A stretch of 64,000 nucleotides of DNA from Sphingomonadaceae bacterium (GCA_041675905.1 JBAYSX010000014.1:7485-71484); one strand, 5' to 3'; counted from the first letter of the stretch, positions 39,273 to 50,112 are shown. Translations and numbers: made by a program. The notes: generated by a model not told the origin, from the letters alone.

Positions 39273-41108
39273 GTGATTGCGTTTGATATTATTATTGTCG
39301 GCGCTGGCCATGCCGGCTGCGAGGCTGCCGCCGCGGCCGCGCGCATGGGCGCGCGCGTCGGGTTGTTTACGATGTGCGCCGGTAACATCGGTCAAATGAG
39401 TTGCAACCCGGCGATCGGCGGTCTGGGCAAAGGGCATCTGGTTCGTGAAATTGACGCGATGGATGGCATCATGGGTCGTGCCGCGGATACCGCCGGCATC
39501 CATTTTCGCCTGCTAAATCGAAGCCGGGGTCCTGCAGTGCAGGGCCCGCGCGTGCAGGCCGACCGCAAACGCTATGCGCTAGCAGTACGGGAGTTACTGG
39601 CTGACATCACAGTAATCGAAACGGAAGTCCTTGATCTGCTCGTTGAAGATGGTCGCTGCGCTGGTGTCGTAGCCACCAAAGGCGATTTCCGCGCCGCCGC
39701 TGTGGTGTTGACAACCGGAACCTTTCTGGGCGGAGTTTTGCATGTTGGCCTGGATCAACGGGCAGGGGGCAGGGCAGGCGAAGCCGGTGCCAATTCACTG
39801 GCCCGGCGGCTACGCGTACTCGGCCTGCCCATGGGGCGATTGAAGACGGGTACGCCCCCACGACTTGACGCGCGCACGATTGACTGGTCCCGACTGGAAA
39901 CACAATCAGGGGATACTTCGCCCGTCTTCCTGTCCGGTATGACGCGCGCGCCCGCAGCGTCACAGGTCGACTGCTACATCAGCCGCACAACGGCAAAAAC
40001 CCACCAGATTATCCGTGACAATATCGGCAGTTCGCCGATGTACGCCGGACGCATTGAAGGAGTAGGGCCGCGCTATTGCCCTTCGATCGAAGACAAGGTG
40101 ATGCGCTTTGGTGATCGCGATGGCCATCAGGTTTTTCTCGAACCCGAAGGCCTTGATGACCCGTTGATTTATCCCAACGGCATTTCTACCAGTTTGCCAG
40201 TCGGCGTGCAGGAGCAAATCGTCCGCAGTATTCCCGGTTTGGAGCGAACGGCGATCGTGCGGCCCGGATACGCCGTCGAGTACGACCATATCGATCCACG
40301 AGCGCTCGCCGGGGATCTTTCCTTGCACGCGCTTCCAGGCCTGTGGCTGGCCGGGCAGATCAACGGCACCACCGGATATGAGGAAGCGGCAGCGCAAGGA
40401 CTCGTTGCGGCGGTTAATGCGACGCTGGCAGCCGGAGGTAATGAACGGCGTTGGGTGCCGGATCGCGCCTCATCCTATATTGGCGTGATGATCGACGATC
40501 TGACAACGCATGGCGTGTCGGAGCCATATCGCATGTTCACATCACGTGCGGAGTTCCGTTTGCGCTTGCGGGCAGACAATGCCGACTTGCGATTATCGCC
40601 CGAGGCAATCGAATTCGGCCTCCTGGGCAGTGAAAGAAGGGCGATGTTTGCCGCACGCGAAGCGGGCGTTACAGAGTTAACAGCGCAACTGCAGAGGACC
40701 AAAGCTCCGGCGCGGGATTTCGACGGTATTCGTAGCGACGGTCGTTCCCGCAGTCTTTGGGAATGGGCGCGTTTTTCTGAAGTCGCCCCGCAGCAGATTT
40801 TACGCTTGCTGCCCGAGGCTGCCAGATATCCCACCGATGTCCTCCATACGGTTCTGACGAATGCGCGCTATGCCGTTTATCTTGAGCGGCAGGAGAGCGA
40901 CGTTGCCCGTTTCCATCATGACGAGAGCATCACAGTTCCCGCCAATGTGGATTTTCGAATGGTACCGGGCCTGTCGAACGAGATGGCCGACAGGTTGGGG
41001 AGCGTACGACCGGAAACCATCGGTCAGGCAAGCAGGATTGCGGGCATCACGCCGGCGGCGCTGACGGCGTTGTTGGCCTATGTCCGTAAGCAGTCTTTTG
41101 CGGCTTGA
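39273..41108 (+). CDS. mnmG: tRNA uridine-5-carboxymethylaminomethyl enzyme MnmG (GidA)
   Basis: [47 protein letters not shown]; probable GTG start at 39273 (ORF track begins 39240). Confidence 0.97.
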   Translation: MIAFDIIIVGAGHAGCEAAAAAARMGARVGLFTMCAGNIGQMSCNPAIGGLGKGHLVREIDAMDGIMGRAADTAGIHFRLLNRSRGPAVQGPRVQADRKRYALAVRELLADITVIETEVLDLLVEDGRCAGVVATKGDFRAAAVVLTTGTFLGGVLHVGLDQRAGGRAGEAGANSLARRLRVLGLPMGRLKTGTPPRLDARTIDWSRLETQSGDTSPVFLSGMTRAPAASQVDCYISRTTAKTHQIIRDNIGSSPMYAGRIEGVGPRYCPSIEDKVMRFGDRDGHQVFLEPEGLDDPLIYPNGISTSLPVGVQEQIVRSIPGLERTAIVRPGYAVEYDHIDPRALAGDLSLHALPGLWLAGQINGTTGYEEAAAQGLVAAVNATLAAGGNERRWVPDRASSYIGVMIDDLTTHGVSEPYRMFTSRAEFRLRLRADNADLRLSPEAIEFGLLGSERRAMFAAREAGVTELTAQLQRTKAPARDFDGIRSDGRSRSLWEWARFSEVAPQQILRLLPEAARYPTDVLHTVLTNARYAVYLERQESDVARFHHDESITVPANVDFRMVPGLSNEMADRLGSVRPETIGQASRIAGITPAALTALLAYVRKQSFAA

Positions 41109-41730
41109 TGTGCGGGAGTCGAACTCTCCCGAAGCGTTTCTGGCTGAGTATGATGTTCCACGTGGAACAATTGACCGGTTGATCACCTACGAACGCCTGC
41201 TCCGCGACTGGCAGCAACGCATGAATCTGATCGGGCCGGCTACCGTCGACCGTATCTGGTTCAGGCATTTTGTGGATTCGGCTCAGCTCACCGCCTTGAT
41301 CGAGCCAGGTCTTGCATGGGTCGATATTGGTGCAGGCGGCGGATTTCCGGGCCTTGTCCTGGCGACAATGGACTGGGGCACATTTACGCTGGTAGATTCT
41401 GTAGCCAAAAAGTGCCGGTTTCTTGAAGCAGTGGTTGCTGAACTGCGATTATCGAATGTGCAGATAAAATGCGCGCGTATAGAAGAATTGCCGTGTGTCG
41501 GGGCGGATGTGGCCACGGCGCGTGCGGCGGCGCCACTGGCCAGATTGTTTGAATGGTCGCTACCACATGTCCAGGCAGGCGGGCAGTTCGTCTTTCCAAA
41601 AGGGCGGAATCACGCATTGGAAGTGGAGGAGGCAGAAAAGCACTTTGCGTTTGATCGCGAACTGGTGCAGAGCCGGACCGACAGGGATGCGCGGATCATT
41701 GTGGCGCGCAACGTCCGCAGGGTGAGGTGA
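41080..41730 (+). CDS. rsmG: 16S rRNA m7G527 methyltransferase RsmG (GidB)
   Basis: [39 protein letters not shown]. Confidence 0.95.
   Translation: MSVSSLLRLDVRESNSPEAFLAEYDVPRGTIDRLITYERLLRDWQQRMNLIGPATVDRIWFRHFVDSAQLTALIEPGLAWVDIGAGGGFPGLVLATMDWGTFTLVDSVAKKCRFLEAVVAELRLSNVQIKCARIEELPCVGADVATARAAAPLARLFEWSLPHVQAGGQFVFPKGRNHALEVEEAEKHFAFDRELVQSRTDRDARIIVARNVRRVR
41154..41169. other. parS centromere site 2 (inside rsmG)
   Basis: Identical palindrome TGTTCCACGTGGAACA, encoding VPRGT in RsmG. Confidence 0.88.
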
Positions 41731-41733
41731 TGG

Positions 41734-42501
41734 ATGCGCACCATTGCAATCGCAAACCAGAAGGGCGGGGTGGGAAAGACCACTACGGCGGTGAATCTGG
41801 CCACCGCGCTCGCGGCTGCCGGCATGCGGGTCATTCTGGTGGATTTCGATCCCCAGGGAAATGCCTCTACCGGCTTCGGCATCGGTGCAAACGTACGCAC
41901 GCCATCATCCTATGATATATTGACCCAACCGGAACTGGCCGATGAATCGGCGAAGCCCACGGATATTCCCGGCCTCTTCGTGATACCGGCGACGCAATCG
42001 CTTGCTGGCGCGGAAGTCGAACTGGTGGGACAGGCGCACGCAACGGAGCGCCTGAAAACGGCACTCGCCCGACTTGCAGACATAGATTATGTTCTGATCG
42101 ATTGTCCGCCATCGCTGAGCTTGCTGACGCTGAATGCGCTGGTCGCGGCCAACACCGTGTTAATTCCGCTGCAAACGGAATTTTATGCGCTTGAGGGGCT
42201 TTCGCAGTTATTGCGCACCATCGAGGAAGTGCGGGCCAGGTCCAATCCGGCGCTGGATATCGAAGGCGTTGTCCTCACCATGTATGACCGCCGCAATCGT
42301 CTCTCCGATCAGGTTGCCGAGGATGTGCGCGCGGCGCTCGGTTCGCGCGTATTCGATACGGTGATCCCGCGCAACGTCCGGTTGTCGGAGGCGCCAAGCC
42401 ACGGGATGCCTGCATTGATCTATGATTTGCGCTGCCCGGGGTCCGTTGCCTATCTGGCGCTCGCACGTGAATTGATGGGAACCGTCGCGAAGGCGGCGTA
42501 G
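41734..42501 (+). CDS. parA: Chromosome partitioning ATPase ParA/Soj
   Basis: NQKGGVGKTTT, DPQGNAS, DCPPSL, IPRNVRLSEAPSHG. Confidence 0.96.
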   Translation: MRTIAIANQKGGVGKTTTAVNLATALAAAGMRVILVDFDPQGNASTGFGIGANVRTPSSYDILTQPELADESAKPTDIPGLFVIPATQSLAGAEVELVGQAHATERLKTALARLADIDYVLIDCPPSLSLLTLNALVAANTVLIPLQTEFYALEGLSQLLRTIEEVRARSNPALDIEGVVLTMYDRRNRLSDQVAEDVRAALGSRVFDTVIPRNVRLSEAPSHGMPALIYDLRCPGSVAYLALARELMGTVAKAA

Positions 42502-42511
42502 CGGAGACGGA

Positions 42512-43411
42512 ATGGCGCAAAAACCGGAAAGAAAACAGGGACTTGGTAAGGGGCTATCGGCCTTGCTTGCGGAAATGGGCCCCATGGCGCCTGCACCTGC
42601 ACCTGCCATGTCGCCCCCAGCGGCCGTACCCACACCGCCAGTCTTGCCGCTGGCGCTGATTGATCCTTCAGCAACGCAGCCGCGCCGTCAGTTCGATGAG
42701 GTGGCGCTGGCGGAACTTGCCGATTCTATCCGCATAAAAGGGGTGCTGCAGCCCATTCTTGTACGTCCGATGGAAGGTGGACGTTATGAAATTGTTGCAG
42801 GTGAGCGGCGCTGGCGTGCGTCGCAACTAGCCGGGCTGCACGACATCCCTGTCATTATCCGGGAATTGGGCGAGGGCGACAGCTTCGAAGCGGCGCTGAT
42901 TGAAAATGTCCAGCGGGCAGATCTTAATCCGCTGGAAGAGGCGGAAGGGTATCAGCGTTTAATCCGTGAGTTCGGGCACACGCAGGAAAGCATCGCCTCC
43001 CTGACCGGAAAATCACGCAGCCACATCGCCAATCTGTTGCGTATTCTGGATCTGCCGGAAAATGGCCGCTCCCTGGTGAAAATGGGCTTGCTGTCTTTAG
43101 GCCATGCCAAGGCCGTGCTTGCCGCCAAAGAGCCGGAATTGCTGGCCAGGGAAATCGCCGAGCGCGGTCTGACAGTGCGTCAGGCGGAGACGGCAGCCCG
43201 TAAAAGTCACGATACGCCGCATCGCCGCCAGGCGGGCGACACTTCGGTCCGCGACGCTGATATCGAGGCACTGGAATTGCAGATGCGGGACGCTACCGGT
43301 CTTGCCGTTTCCATCGCCGCCAAAAACAATGCCGGAACCGTAACATTGCGTTTTTCTGATCTGGACCAGCTGGATATGATTGTGTCCCGCCTGGGGAGCG
43401 GTTCCTTCTAG
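42512..43411 (+). CDS. parB: Chromosome partitioning protein ParB
   Basis: GLGKGLSALL, QPRRQF, IVAGERRWRA, ENVQRADLNPLEEA, HTH GKSRSHIANLLR. Confidence 0.96.
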   Translation: MAQKPERKQGLGKGLSALLAEMGPMAPAPAPAMSPPAAVPTPPVLPLALIDPSATQPRRQFDEVALAELADSIRIKGVLQPILVRPMEGGRYEIVAGERRWRASQLAGLHDIPVIIRELGEGDSFEAALIENVQRADLNPLEEAEGYQRLIREFGHTQESIASLTGKSRSHIANLLRILDLPENGRSLVKMGLLSLGHAKAVLAAKEPELLAREIAERGLTVRQAETAARKSHDTPHRRQAGDTSVRDADIEALELQMRDATGLAVSIAAKNNAGTVTLRFSDLDQLDMIVSRLGSGSF

Positions 43412-43715
43412 CGGTGCGGCCGTGGTCAAGCTTGCCGTTAACAGAATTTACCAATCCTGTTATTTCTTGCAGGGACTCACCGATTTCGAGTGTTTGTCAC
43501 ATATATCGGGTAAGCCTCGCATCAGCGGCCTTGCCGTGTGCCGGAGCGTACTATATGCCCGGCACAACCGGTAGGGGAATCCGGTTTGTCTGTCCTGGCG
43601 TTCAGGGCGGACACCGGGTCAGGATTGGAATCCGGAGCCTTTCCCTCAAGATGGAAAAGGTAGACAGAAGGCGGAGGGGCCGGTGTTGAGTGAAAAGGCG
43701 AGGCGGGGAAACACT

Positions 43716-44168
43716 GTGCGAACAGACGAACAAGGAACTGTAGCCGAACTGGAACGTATCGAACTGGCGCCGGATTATCGGCCGACGGAAGACGAGCCGT
43801 TCATGAACGAGCGGCAACTGGCCTATTTCCGGCGCAAGTTGCTGCAGTGGAAAATTGACCTTGCCGAAGAAGCGCGGTCGACGCTGGAGACGTTAAAGGA
43901 AGGTCCGATCCAGGAGCCGGACCAGACAGATCGCGCATCGTCGGAAACCGACTGGGCGCTGGAACTGCGTACCCGTGACCGTCAGCGCAAGCTAGGGGCG
44001 AAAATTGACGCAGCACTCCGGCGAATCGATTCCGGCGAATATGGCTATTGCGAAATTACCGGCGAGCCTATCTCGCTGCAGCGCCTGGAGGCCCGACCCA
44101 TCGCCACCATGACCCTGGAAGCCCAGGAACGACATGAACGGCAGGAGCGGATCAGCCGCGACGACTGA
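43716..44168 (+). CDS. dksA: RNA polymerase-binding transcription factor DksA
   Basis: YRPTEDEPFMN, EPDQTDRASSETD (DxxDxA tip), EYGYCEITGEPISLQRLEARP; probable GTG start at 43716. Confidence 0.93.
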   Translation: MRTDEQGTVAELERIELAPDYRPTEDEPFMNERQLAYFRRKLLQWKIDLAEEARSTLETLKEGPIQEPDQTDRASSETDWALELRTRDRQRKLGAKIDAALRRIDSGEYGYCEITGEPISLQRLEARPIATMTLEAQERHERQERISRDD

Positions 44169-44210
44169 CGGGGCAGCAGCGCCGGGTGAGAAACGGCGAT
44201 GCGTCCTTTC

Positions 44211-44369
44211 CTATTGTATTTCCCTGATCTGCTCTTTCACTTTGAGTTTTTCCCGTTTCAAACGGCTGATGCGCGCAGTATCGGGAAGAGGCCGGAGAGT
44301 TTCGTCCGCGATCATTCCTTCGATCGTGGCATGACGCGCATTCAAAGCTTCGATACGGGCTCGGTGCAT
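44211..44369 (-). CDS. Small DUF465/YdcH-like coiled-coil protein
   Basis: AAGGAAAGG RBS; MHRARIEALNARHATIE...RPLPD...RLKREKLKVKEQI. Confidence 0.75.
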   Translation of the reverse strand: MHRARIEALNARHATIEGMIADETLRPLPDTARISRLKREKLKVKEQIREIQ

Positions 44370-44495
44370 GCTGTCAGTCCTTTCCTTCGTTATCCCATGG
44401 CGCACAGGGTGGCCACCGGAGTCGTGAGTTAACCACGATTGCCGGAAAATGTCAGCCCTCGCCGTCGTAGAATTGTCACAAAGGGACGAACAGCC

Positions 44496-46028
44496 TCAGT
44501 TGCGTGGTGGCTGGTGGCGGAAGGACAGGGCCTCGGCGATATGCGTCCGGCCCACCTGTGGCGCGGCTTCCAGATCAGCGATAGTGCGGGCCACGCGCAA
44601 TGTCCGGTGCCACGCGCGGGCGGATAATTTCATGCGTTCGGCAGCCTGGGTCAGCAATTGCAGCCCGGCGGCGTCCGGCGTGGCGGTACTTTCCAGCACT
44701 TTTCCATCGGCCTCGGCATTGGTGCGCACGCTGCTTCCGGCATAGCGCGCGGTCTGGATGTGCCGTGCCGCGTGCACGCGGCGGGCGACTTCGGCGCTGC
44801 CTTCGGCGGGCGGCGGCAGCGCGAGATCCGCAGCGGTCAGCGCCTGAACTTCGACATGCATGTCGATACGGTCGAACAATGGCCCGGAAATCTTCGCCTG
44901 ATAATCAGCGGCGCAGCGCGGCGCGCGCGCGCAGGCGCGCTCGGCATCCGCCAGATGGCCGCAACGGCACGGATTCATGGCCGCAATCAATTGTACGCGG
45001 GCGGGCCAGGTAACATGGGCGGCGGCGCGGGCCACTTCCACCGCGCCCCGCTCCAGCGGCTGGCGCAAACTGTCGAGCACGCCGCGCTGGAACTCGGGCA
45101 ATTCATCGAGAAACAGCACGCCCAGATGTGCAAGGCTGACCTCCCCCGGACGCGCCCGTGCACCGCCGCCAACCAGCGCCGGCATCGACGCCGAATGGTG
45201 TGGTGCCCGAAACGGCCTGGTGCGGCTGATGCGACCACCTTCCGCGACCCCGGCAACCGAGCGGATCATCGCCACCTCCAGTGCTTCCGTGGTGGATAGT
45301 GGTGGCAAGATACCGGGCAAGGTTGCCGCCAGCATGGATTTTCCGGCGCCCGGAGGGCCATTGAAAAGCAGATTATGCGCACCGGCGGCGGCTATTTCCA
45401 GCGCCCGGCGGGGGATTTCCTGGCCTTTCACTTCCCCCAGATCAGGGCCGGCGAAACCGGTATCGGTAAGCAGCAATGGTTCCGGCGGTGACAGGACCCG
45501 CGTGCCGCGCAAATGCTGCACCAGCGCATCCAGATCGGGCGCGGCGACCACTTCTATGCCCTGGCTGGCGGCACTTCCCGCACCGAACCAGGCAGCTTCC
45601 GGCCCCTGATCCGCCGGGCAAATCAGTCCGAGCCGACGTCTCGTTGCGTCCAGCGCCGCCAGCAATACGCCCGGCGACGCGGCAATCCGGGCATCCAGCG
45701 ACAATTCACCCACCACCACATAGCTGGCGAGCGTTTCCGGATCGATTATGCCCATCGCACCCAACAGCCCCAGCGCAATCGGCAGATCATAATGCGATCC
45801 CGCCTTCTCCAGATCGGCGGGGGCGAGGTTCACCGTAATCCGCTTCGCGGGCAGGGCAAGGCCGATGGCGGATAGCGCCGCCTGCACACGGTCCCGGCTT
45901 TCCTTTACGGCCTTGTCGGGCAGGCCGACGATCACGAAACTGACGAGGCCGGCGGTCAGTTGCACCTGCACGTCCACCGGCCGCGCCTCCAGCCCGATAT
46001 AGGCAACCGTCGCCACGCGGGCCACCAT
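44496..46028 (-). CDS. comM: YifB/ComM Mg-chelatase-like AAA+ ATPase
   Basis: VGLPDKAVKESRDRV, NLAPADLEKAGSHYDLPIA, GPPGAGKS, PFRAPHHS, LFLDELPEF, AMNPCRCG. Confidence 0.92.
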   Translation of the reverse strand: MVARVATVAYIGLEARPVDVQVQLTAGLVSFVIVGLPDKAVKESRDRVQAALSAIGLALPAKRITVNLAPADLEKAGSHYDLPIALGLLGAMGIIDPETLASYVVVGELSLDARIAASPGVLLAALDATRRRLGLICPADQGPEAAWFGAGSAASQGIEVVAAPDLDALVQHLRGTRVLSPPEPLLLTDTGFAGPDLGEVKGQEIPRRALEIAAAGAHNLLFNGPPGAGKSMLAATLPGILPPLSTTEALEVAMIRSVAGVAEGGRISRTRPFRAPHHSASMPALVGGGARARPGEVSLAHLGVLFLDELPEFQRGVLDSLRQPLERGAVEVARAAAHVTWPARVQLIAAMNPCRCGHLADAERACARAPRCAADYQAKISGPLFDRIDMHVEVQALTAADLALPPPAEGSAEVARRVHAARHIQTARYAGSSVRTNAEADGKVLESTATPDAAGLQLLTQAAERMKLSARAWHRTLRVARTIADLEAAPQVGRTHIAEALSFRHQPPRN

Positions 46029-46126
46029 CCGTCTTCCCCCTTTAGCGTTAACCAATTCCCTGCAGCCCTAGCCGCGCCTATGATAGTGCGAAAGAGGGTA
46101 TCTGCCCCTGGCTCAGGAGTCCGCCC

Positions 46127-48799
46127 ATGGAACCGCGCAACCCCATCACCCAAAATCCGGACATTCGCTTCCTCGGTCGCATTCTGGGCCAGGTCATCCG
46201 CGATCTCGGCGGCGAGCAACTGTACCGGCAGACAGAAGCGATACGCTCTGCGTCGGTCGATCAACATCGCGGCACCGGTTCGATTGCGACGCTGGTCTCC
46301 CGTCTTGAGGCGCTGACTCTGGATGAGACGCTGGCCTTCACGCGAGGCTTCATGCTTTTTTCAATGTTGGCCAATATCGCCGAAGATCGCCAGGCAACAT
46401 CCAGTGGTGGCGCGGTGGCCGAAGGCGGTGTCGGTCTTGTCCCCACCATCGCCCGGCTGCGGGCGGAAGGTGTCAGCACGGCGGCGCTGACTGCGATGCT
46501 CAATTCTGCGCTGGTGATGCCGGTGCTGACGGCACATCCAACCGAAGTCCGCCGCAAGAGCATGATCGACCATCAGACGCGCATCGCCATGCTGATGGCG
46601 TCACAGGATCTTGGCGCAAGGCTTACCAATGACGGCGACAAGATCGAAGACGCCATCCGCCGCCAGGTGGTGTTATTGTGGCAGACACGGGCGCTGCGCC
46701 GGGAACGGCTGTTTGTCATTGACGAGATCGACACGGCGCTGACCTGGTTGCGCGACGATTTCCTGCCGGTACTCCCCGCCTTGCACTATCGCTGGGCGCA
46801 GGAACTGGATTTTCCCATTCCCTCCTTTGTGCGGGTGGGAAGCTGGGTCGGCGGTGACCGCGACGGCAACCCCAATATCTCCGCTGATGCGCTGCGCCGG
46901 GCAGGTATCGGCGCGGCGCGCGAGCTCTTCATCTGGTATCTCGACCGGCTCCACGCGCTGGGGGCCGAACTCTCCATTTCATCGGATCACGCCACCATCC
47001 CCGCCGCCGTGCGCGAACTGGCAGATCGCAGCGGTGACACCGCGAAGGTCCGCGCCGATGAACCTTATCGCCGCGCTATTTCCGGTCTTTATGCGCGCCT
47101 CGCCGCCACCATGCAGACGATCACCGGCACGACGCCGCCGCGCCCGGCAGCGGTTCCGGGCGATGTCTATGGCGGCCCGGCGGAGTTTCTCGGGGATTTG
47201 CGTGTCCTCGCCCTCGGTACGAAAGATGCAGGCGCCGGGGGCGGCGGGCTGGCCATTCTGATTCGCGCCGTCGAACTGTTCGGCTTCCATCTCGCCACGC
47301 TCGATTTGCGGCAAAACAGCGATGTTCATGTGCGCAGCGTTGCCGATCTGTTCCAGGCGGCGGGTGTGACTGCGGACTATGCAGCCCTGAACGAATCCGA
47401 ACAGGTGGAATTGCTGATTCGCGAATTGCGCAATCCGCGTCCGCTGGCCGGTCCGCAGACGCGCCTGTCCCGGGAAACCAAGGAGGAGCTGGCGATTTTT
47501 CGCACAGCGGCCCGTCTGCGCGCCGAACTTGGACCGGAATCCATCACGACCAGCATCGTCTCGAAAGCCAACAGCGTATCCGATCTGCTCGAACCTTTCA
47601 TTTTACTGAAGGAAGCCGGGCTCTTCTTGCCGGGTAATCCGCCGCAATGTCCGATCATGGTCGTGCCGCTTTTCGAGACCATTGCTGATCTGCGCGCCGC
47701 CACCGGCATCATGCGTCATTTTCTCGCCATTCCCGAAATTGCAGCACTGGGGAAAGCACGCGGCGTGCAGGAAGTGATGCTGGGCTATTCCGATAGCAAC
47801 AAGGATGGCGGCTATCTGACGTCGCACAGTGAATTGTTCTGCGCCGCCACCGCACTTGGCGAATTGTTCGCGGAGACGGATATGGAGATCCAGTTCTTTC
47901 ACGGGCGCGGCGGTTCGGTCGGGCGCGGCGGCGGTTCGTCGTGGGATGCCATTCGTGCCCAGCCGCGCGGCACCGTCAATGGCCGCATCCGCATTACCGA
48001 ACAGGGGGAGGTGATCGCCGCCAAATATGGCTCGCCCGCCGCCGCTTTGCAGACGCTGGATACCATCGCCGCCGCAACCGTCGCCGCAACGCTTTCATCC
48101 ACCGCGCCTGCCACGGGCGACGTCGCGCGGTTCCAGCAGGCGCTGGAGCAGCTTTCACAAACGGCGTGTGCGGCGTATCGCGCGCTGGTTTATGAAGATC
48201 CCACCTTCCTGCCGCTGTTTCGCGCGATGACGCCCATCTCTGAAATCGGCACGCTGAACATCGGCTCCCGCCCGCCGAGCCGCTCGACTTCAGCCGCGAT
48301 CGAAGATTTGCGCGCGATCCCCTGGGTATTTTCGTGGAGCCAGGCGCGGGTGATGCTCCCCGGCTGGTATGGTGTGGGTCAGGCGCTTTCTTCCTTTCCG
48401 GACAAGGTCCTTCTTGCGGAGATGATGCAGGGCTGGCCCTATTTCCAAACGATGCTCGCCAATATGGAAATGGTGCTGGCGAAATCCGACATGGACATTG
48501 CCGCCCGTTATGCAACGCTGGCCGGCCCCGGGGAGGTGCCGGTTTTCGCCCGGATCCGCGACGATTGGCAGGAAACCATTGACGCTTTTCTGGCCGTCAG
48601 TGGACAATCGCGATTGCTTGAACATAATCCGGCGCTCGATACGTCGATCCGTTTGCGCCTGCCCTATATCGAACCGCTGAACCTGTTGCAGGTGGAATTG
48701 CTGAAGCGCCATCGCAGCGGTGAGACGGACCCGCGTATTGCCGAGGGAATTCAATTATCGATCAATGCAATAGCGACAGCCTTGCGCAATAGCGGCTAG
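46127..48799 (+). CDS. ppc: Phosphoenolpyruvate carboxylase
   Basis: VLTAHPTE, WVGGDRDGNP, GYSDSNKDGG, FHGRGGSVGRGG, LRAIPWVFSW, C-terminal LRNSG. Confidence 0.97.
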   Translation: MEPRNPITQNPDIRFLGRILGQVIRDLGGEQLYRQTEAIRSASVDQHRGTGSIATLVSRLEALTLDETLAFTRGFMLFSMLANIAEDRQATSSGGAVAEGGVGLVPTIARLRAEGVSTAALTAMLNSALVMPVLTAHPTEVRRKSMIDHQTRIAMLMASQDLGARLTNDGDKIEDAIRRQVVLLWQTRALRRERLFVIDEIDTALTWLRDDFLPVLPALHYRWAQELDFPIPSFVRVGSWVGGDRDGNPNISADALRRAGIGAARELFIWYLDRLHALGAELSISSDHATIPAAVRELADRSGDTAKVRADEPYRRAISGLYARLAATMQTITGTTPPRPAAVPGDVYGGPAEFLGDLRVLALGTKDAGAGGGGLAILIRAVELFGFHLATLDLRQNSDVHVRSVADLFQAAGVTADYAALNESEQVELLIRELRNPRPLAGPQTRLSRETKEELAIFRTAARLRAELGPESITTSIVSKANSVSDLLEPFILLKEAGLFLPGNPPQCPIMVVPLFETIADLRAATGIMRHFLAIPEIAALGKARGVQEVMLGYSDSNKDGGYLTSHSELFCAATALGELFAETDMEIQFFHGRGGSVGRGGGSSWDAIRAQPRGTVNGRIRITEQGEVIAAKYGSPAAALQTLDTIAAATVAATLSSTAPATGDVARFQQALEQLSQTACAAYRALVYEDPTFLPLFRAMTPISEIGTLNIGSRPPSRSTSAAIEDLRAIPWVFSWSQARVMLPGWYGVGQALSSFPDKVLLAEMMQGWPYFQTMLANMEMVLAKSDMDIAARYATLAGPGEVPVFARIRDDWQETIDAFLAVSGQSRLLEHNPALDTSIRLRLPYIEPLNLLQVELLKRHRSGETDPRIAEGIQLSINAIATALRNSG

Positions 48800-48892
48800 A
48801 GCCTCATGGTCTAGCCTGGATGCGGCTTCCGCCGCTGGCCTGTCCATATTATGTTCAGGCCAGGTGGCAGTCCGAACAGAGGGAATTGCATC

Positions 48893-50014
48893 ATGCCGAA
48901 CATGATCGAGACTATCCTGCAATCCATTTCACCCGAGGCCAGGTCAGCGCTCGCTGCCTACTTCGGTGAAACCCCGGACAGCACTGATCGCGCGCTGGTT
49001 TCTATCATTCCCACCCTGCTGGCGGCGATGGTTTCCCGTTCGGAACATGGCGGGCTGGAGTCCGTCGCTGCTCTGGTCCGCACGTCCCTTGAACACGACA
49101 ATGCGCTGGATGACCTGTCTGCGGCACTGTCCGACCCCGGCCGCCGCAGCCGCCTGCTGGCGAATGGTGGCAGTTTCGTATCGGCACTCCTGGGTGGCCA
49201 GCTCGGCCCCGTCTCGGCAGCGCTGACGGGACGCTCGGGTGTGAAGGGCGATACCATTCGCGGCCTGTTGCAACTGGGCGGATCTTTGGTGACGGGCGGT
49301 GTCGGAAAAATGCTGGGGCATCATCAGCCGACATCACAGGAGCTCAGCACGCTGTTGAAATCCGAGCGGGCCGACATTTTCGCCCGATTGCCCTCCGGCA
49401 TTTCCTCGTTGCTCGCGCCATTGAGCGGCGCGGCGACGCCGGCAACCGCTGCTGCCGCACTGGCCAGCGACCCCGCGGCACGCACCGACCGGGGTTTCAG
49501 CCGTTGGCTACCGTGGATTTTGGCCGCCATTGTTGCGCTGGCGATCATTTTCAGCCTGCGGAGTTGCGAAACGGAGGAGCCCGTAGCCGTTGAGGAAACG
49601 AAAACCATCGTCACCGAGGCGCCACCACCCGCCGCACCGGCCGAATTGCCACCACCGCCACCTGGAAGCGGCGTCCTCTCGGAAGTGCGCGATGGCCACC
49701 CTGCCGTCGTGGTGTTCTTCGATTCGGGCAGTAGCGCCGTTACACCCGCCTTTCCCACTGCAACCGCACCGTTGAAAAACTGGCTGGACGCCAACCCGGA
49801 GGCCACCCTGAGCGTCTCCGGCTACAATGACCCGACGGGCGATGCCGCCGCCAATGCCGAATTATCAAAAAATCGCGCGTCCAATGTTGCCGATGAACTG
49901 GTTGCCGCCGGCATAGACCGCAGCCGCATCACACTCGACAAGCCGGCAGAAGCAACCGCCTATGATGAACACCGCACCGAGGCACGCAGGGTAGAGGTTG
50001 TAATCCGGCCCTAG
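48893..50014 (+). CDS. DUF937-like N-domain + TM + OmpA-like peptidoglycan-binding domain protein
   Basis: Helical N-domain, TM WLPWILAAIVALAIIF, Pro-rich linker, FFDSGSS...SGYND..G...NAELSKNRASNV...RRVEV. Confidence 0.8.
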   Translation: MPNMIETILQSISPEARSALAAYFGETPDSTDRALVSIIPTLLAAMVSRSEHGGLESVAALVRTSLEHDNALDDLSAALSDPGRRSRLLANGGSFVSALLGGQLGPVSAALTGRSGVKGDTIRGLLQLGGSLVTGGVGKMLGHHQPTSQELSTLLKSERADIFARLPSGISSLLAPLSGAATPATAAAALASDPAARTDRGFSRWLPWILAAIVALAIIFSLRSCETEEPVAVEETKTIVTEAPPPAAPAELPPPPPGSGVLSEVRDGHPAVVVFFDSGSSAVTPAFPTATAPLKNWLDANPEATLSVSGYNDPTGDAAANAELSKNRASNVADELVAAGIDRSRITLDKPAEATAYDEHRTEARRVEVVIRP

Positions 50015-50065
50015 CCAGGCCCTGCCTGGCAGAATATGACCGGGAGGATCGGAAGACCAGAATCT

Positions 50066-50097
50066 TGCGGCGTCGCATTGTGTTCTGCAACGCCGCA
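50066..50097. terminator. Hairpin between convergent genes
   Basis: TGCGGCGTCGCA-N8-TGCAACGCCGCA, 12-bp stem with one mismatch. Confidence 0.45.
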
Positions 50098-50112
50098 ACC
50101 ACTTCCATCGGA

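Noticed and set aside
41113-41130. GGGAGTCGAACTCTCCC resembling a tRNA T-arm on the minus strand
   Set aside because: No acceptor, D or anticodon arms, and it lies in the rsmG coding region.
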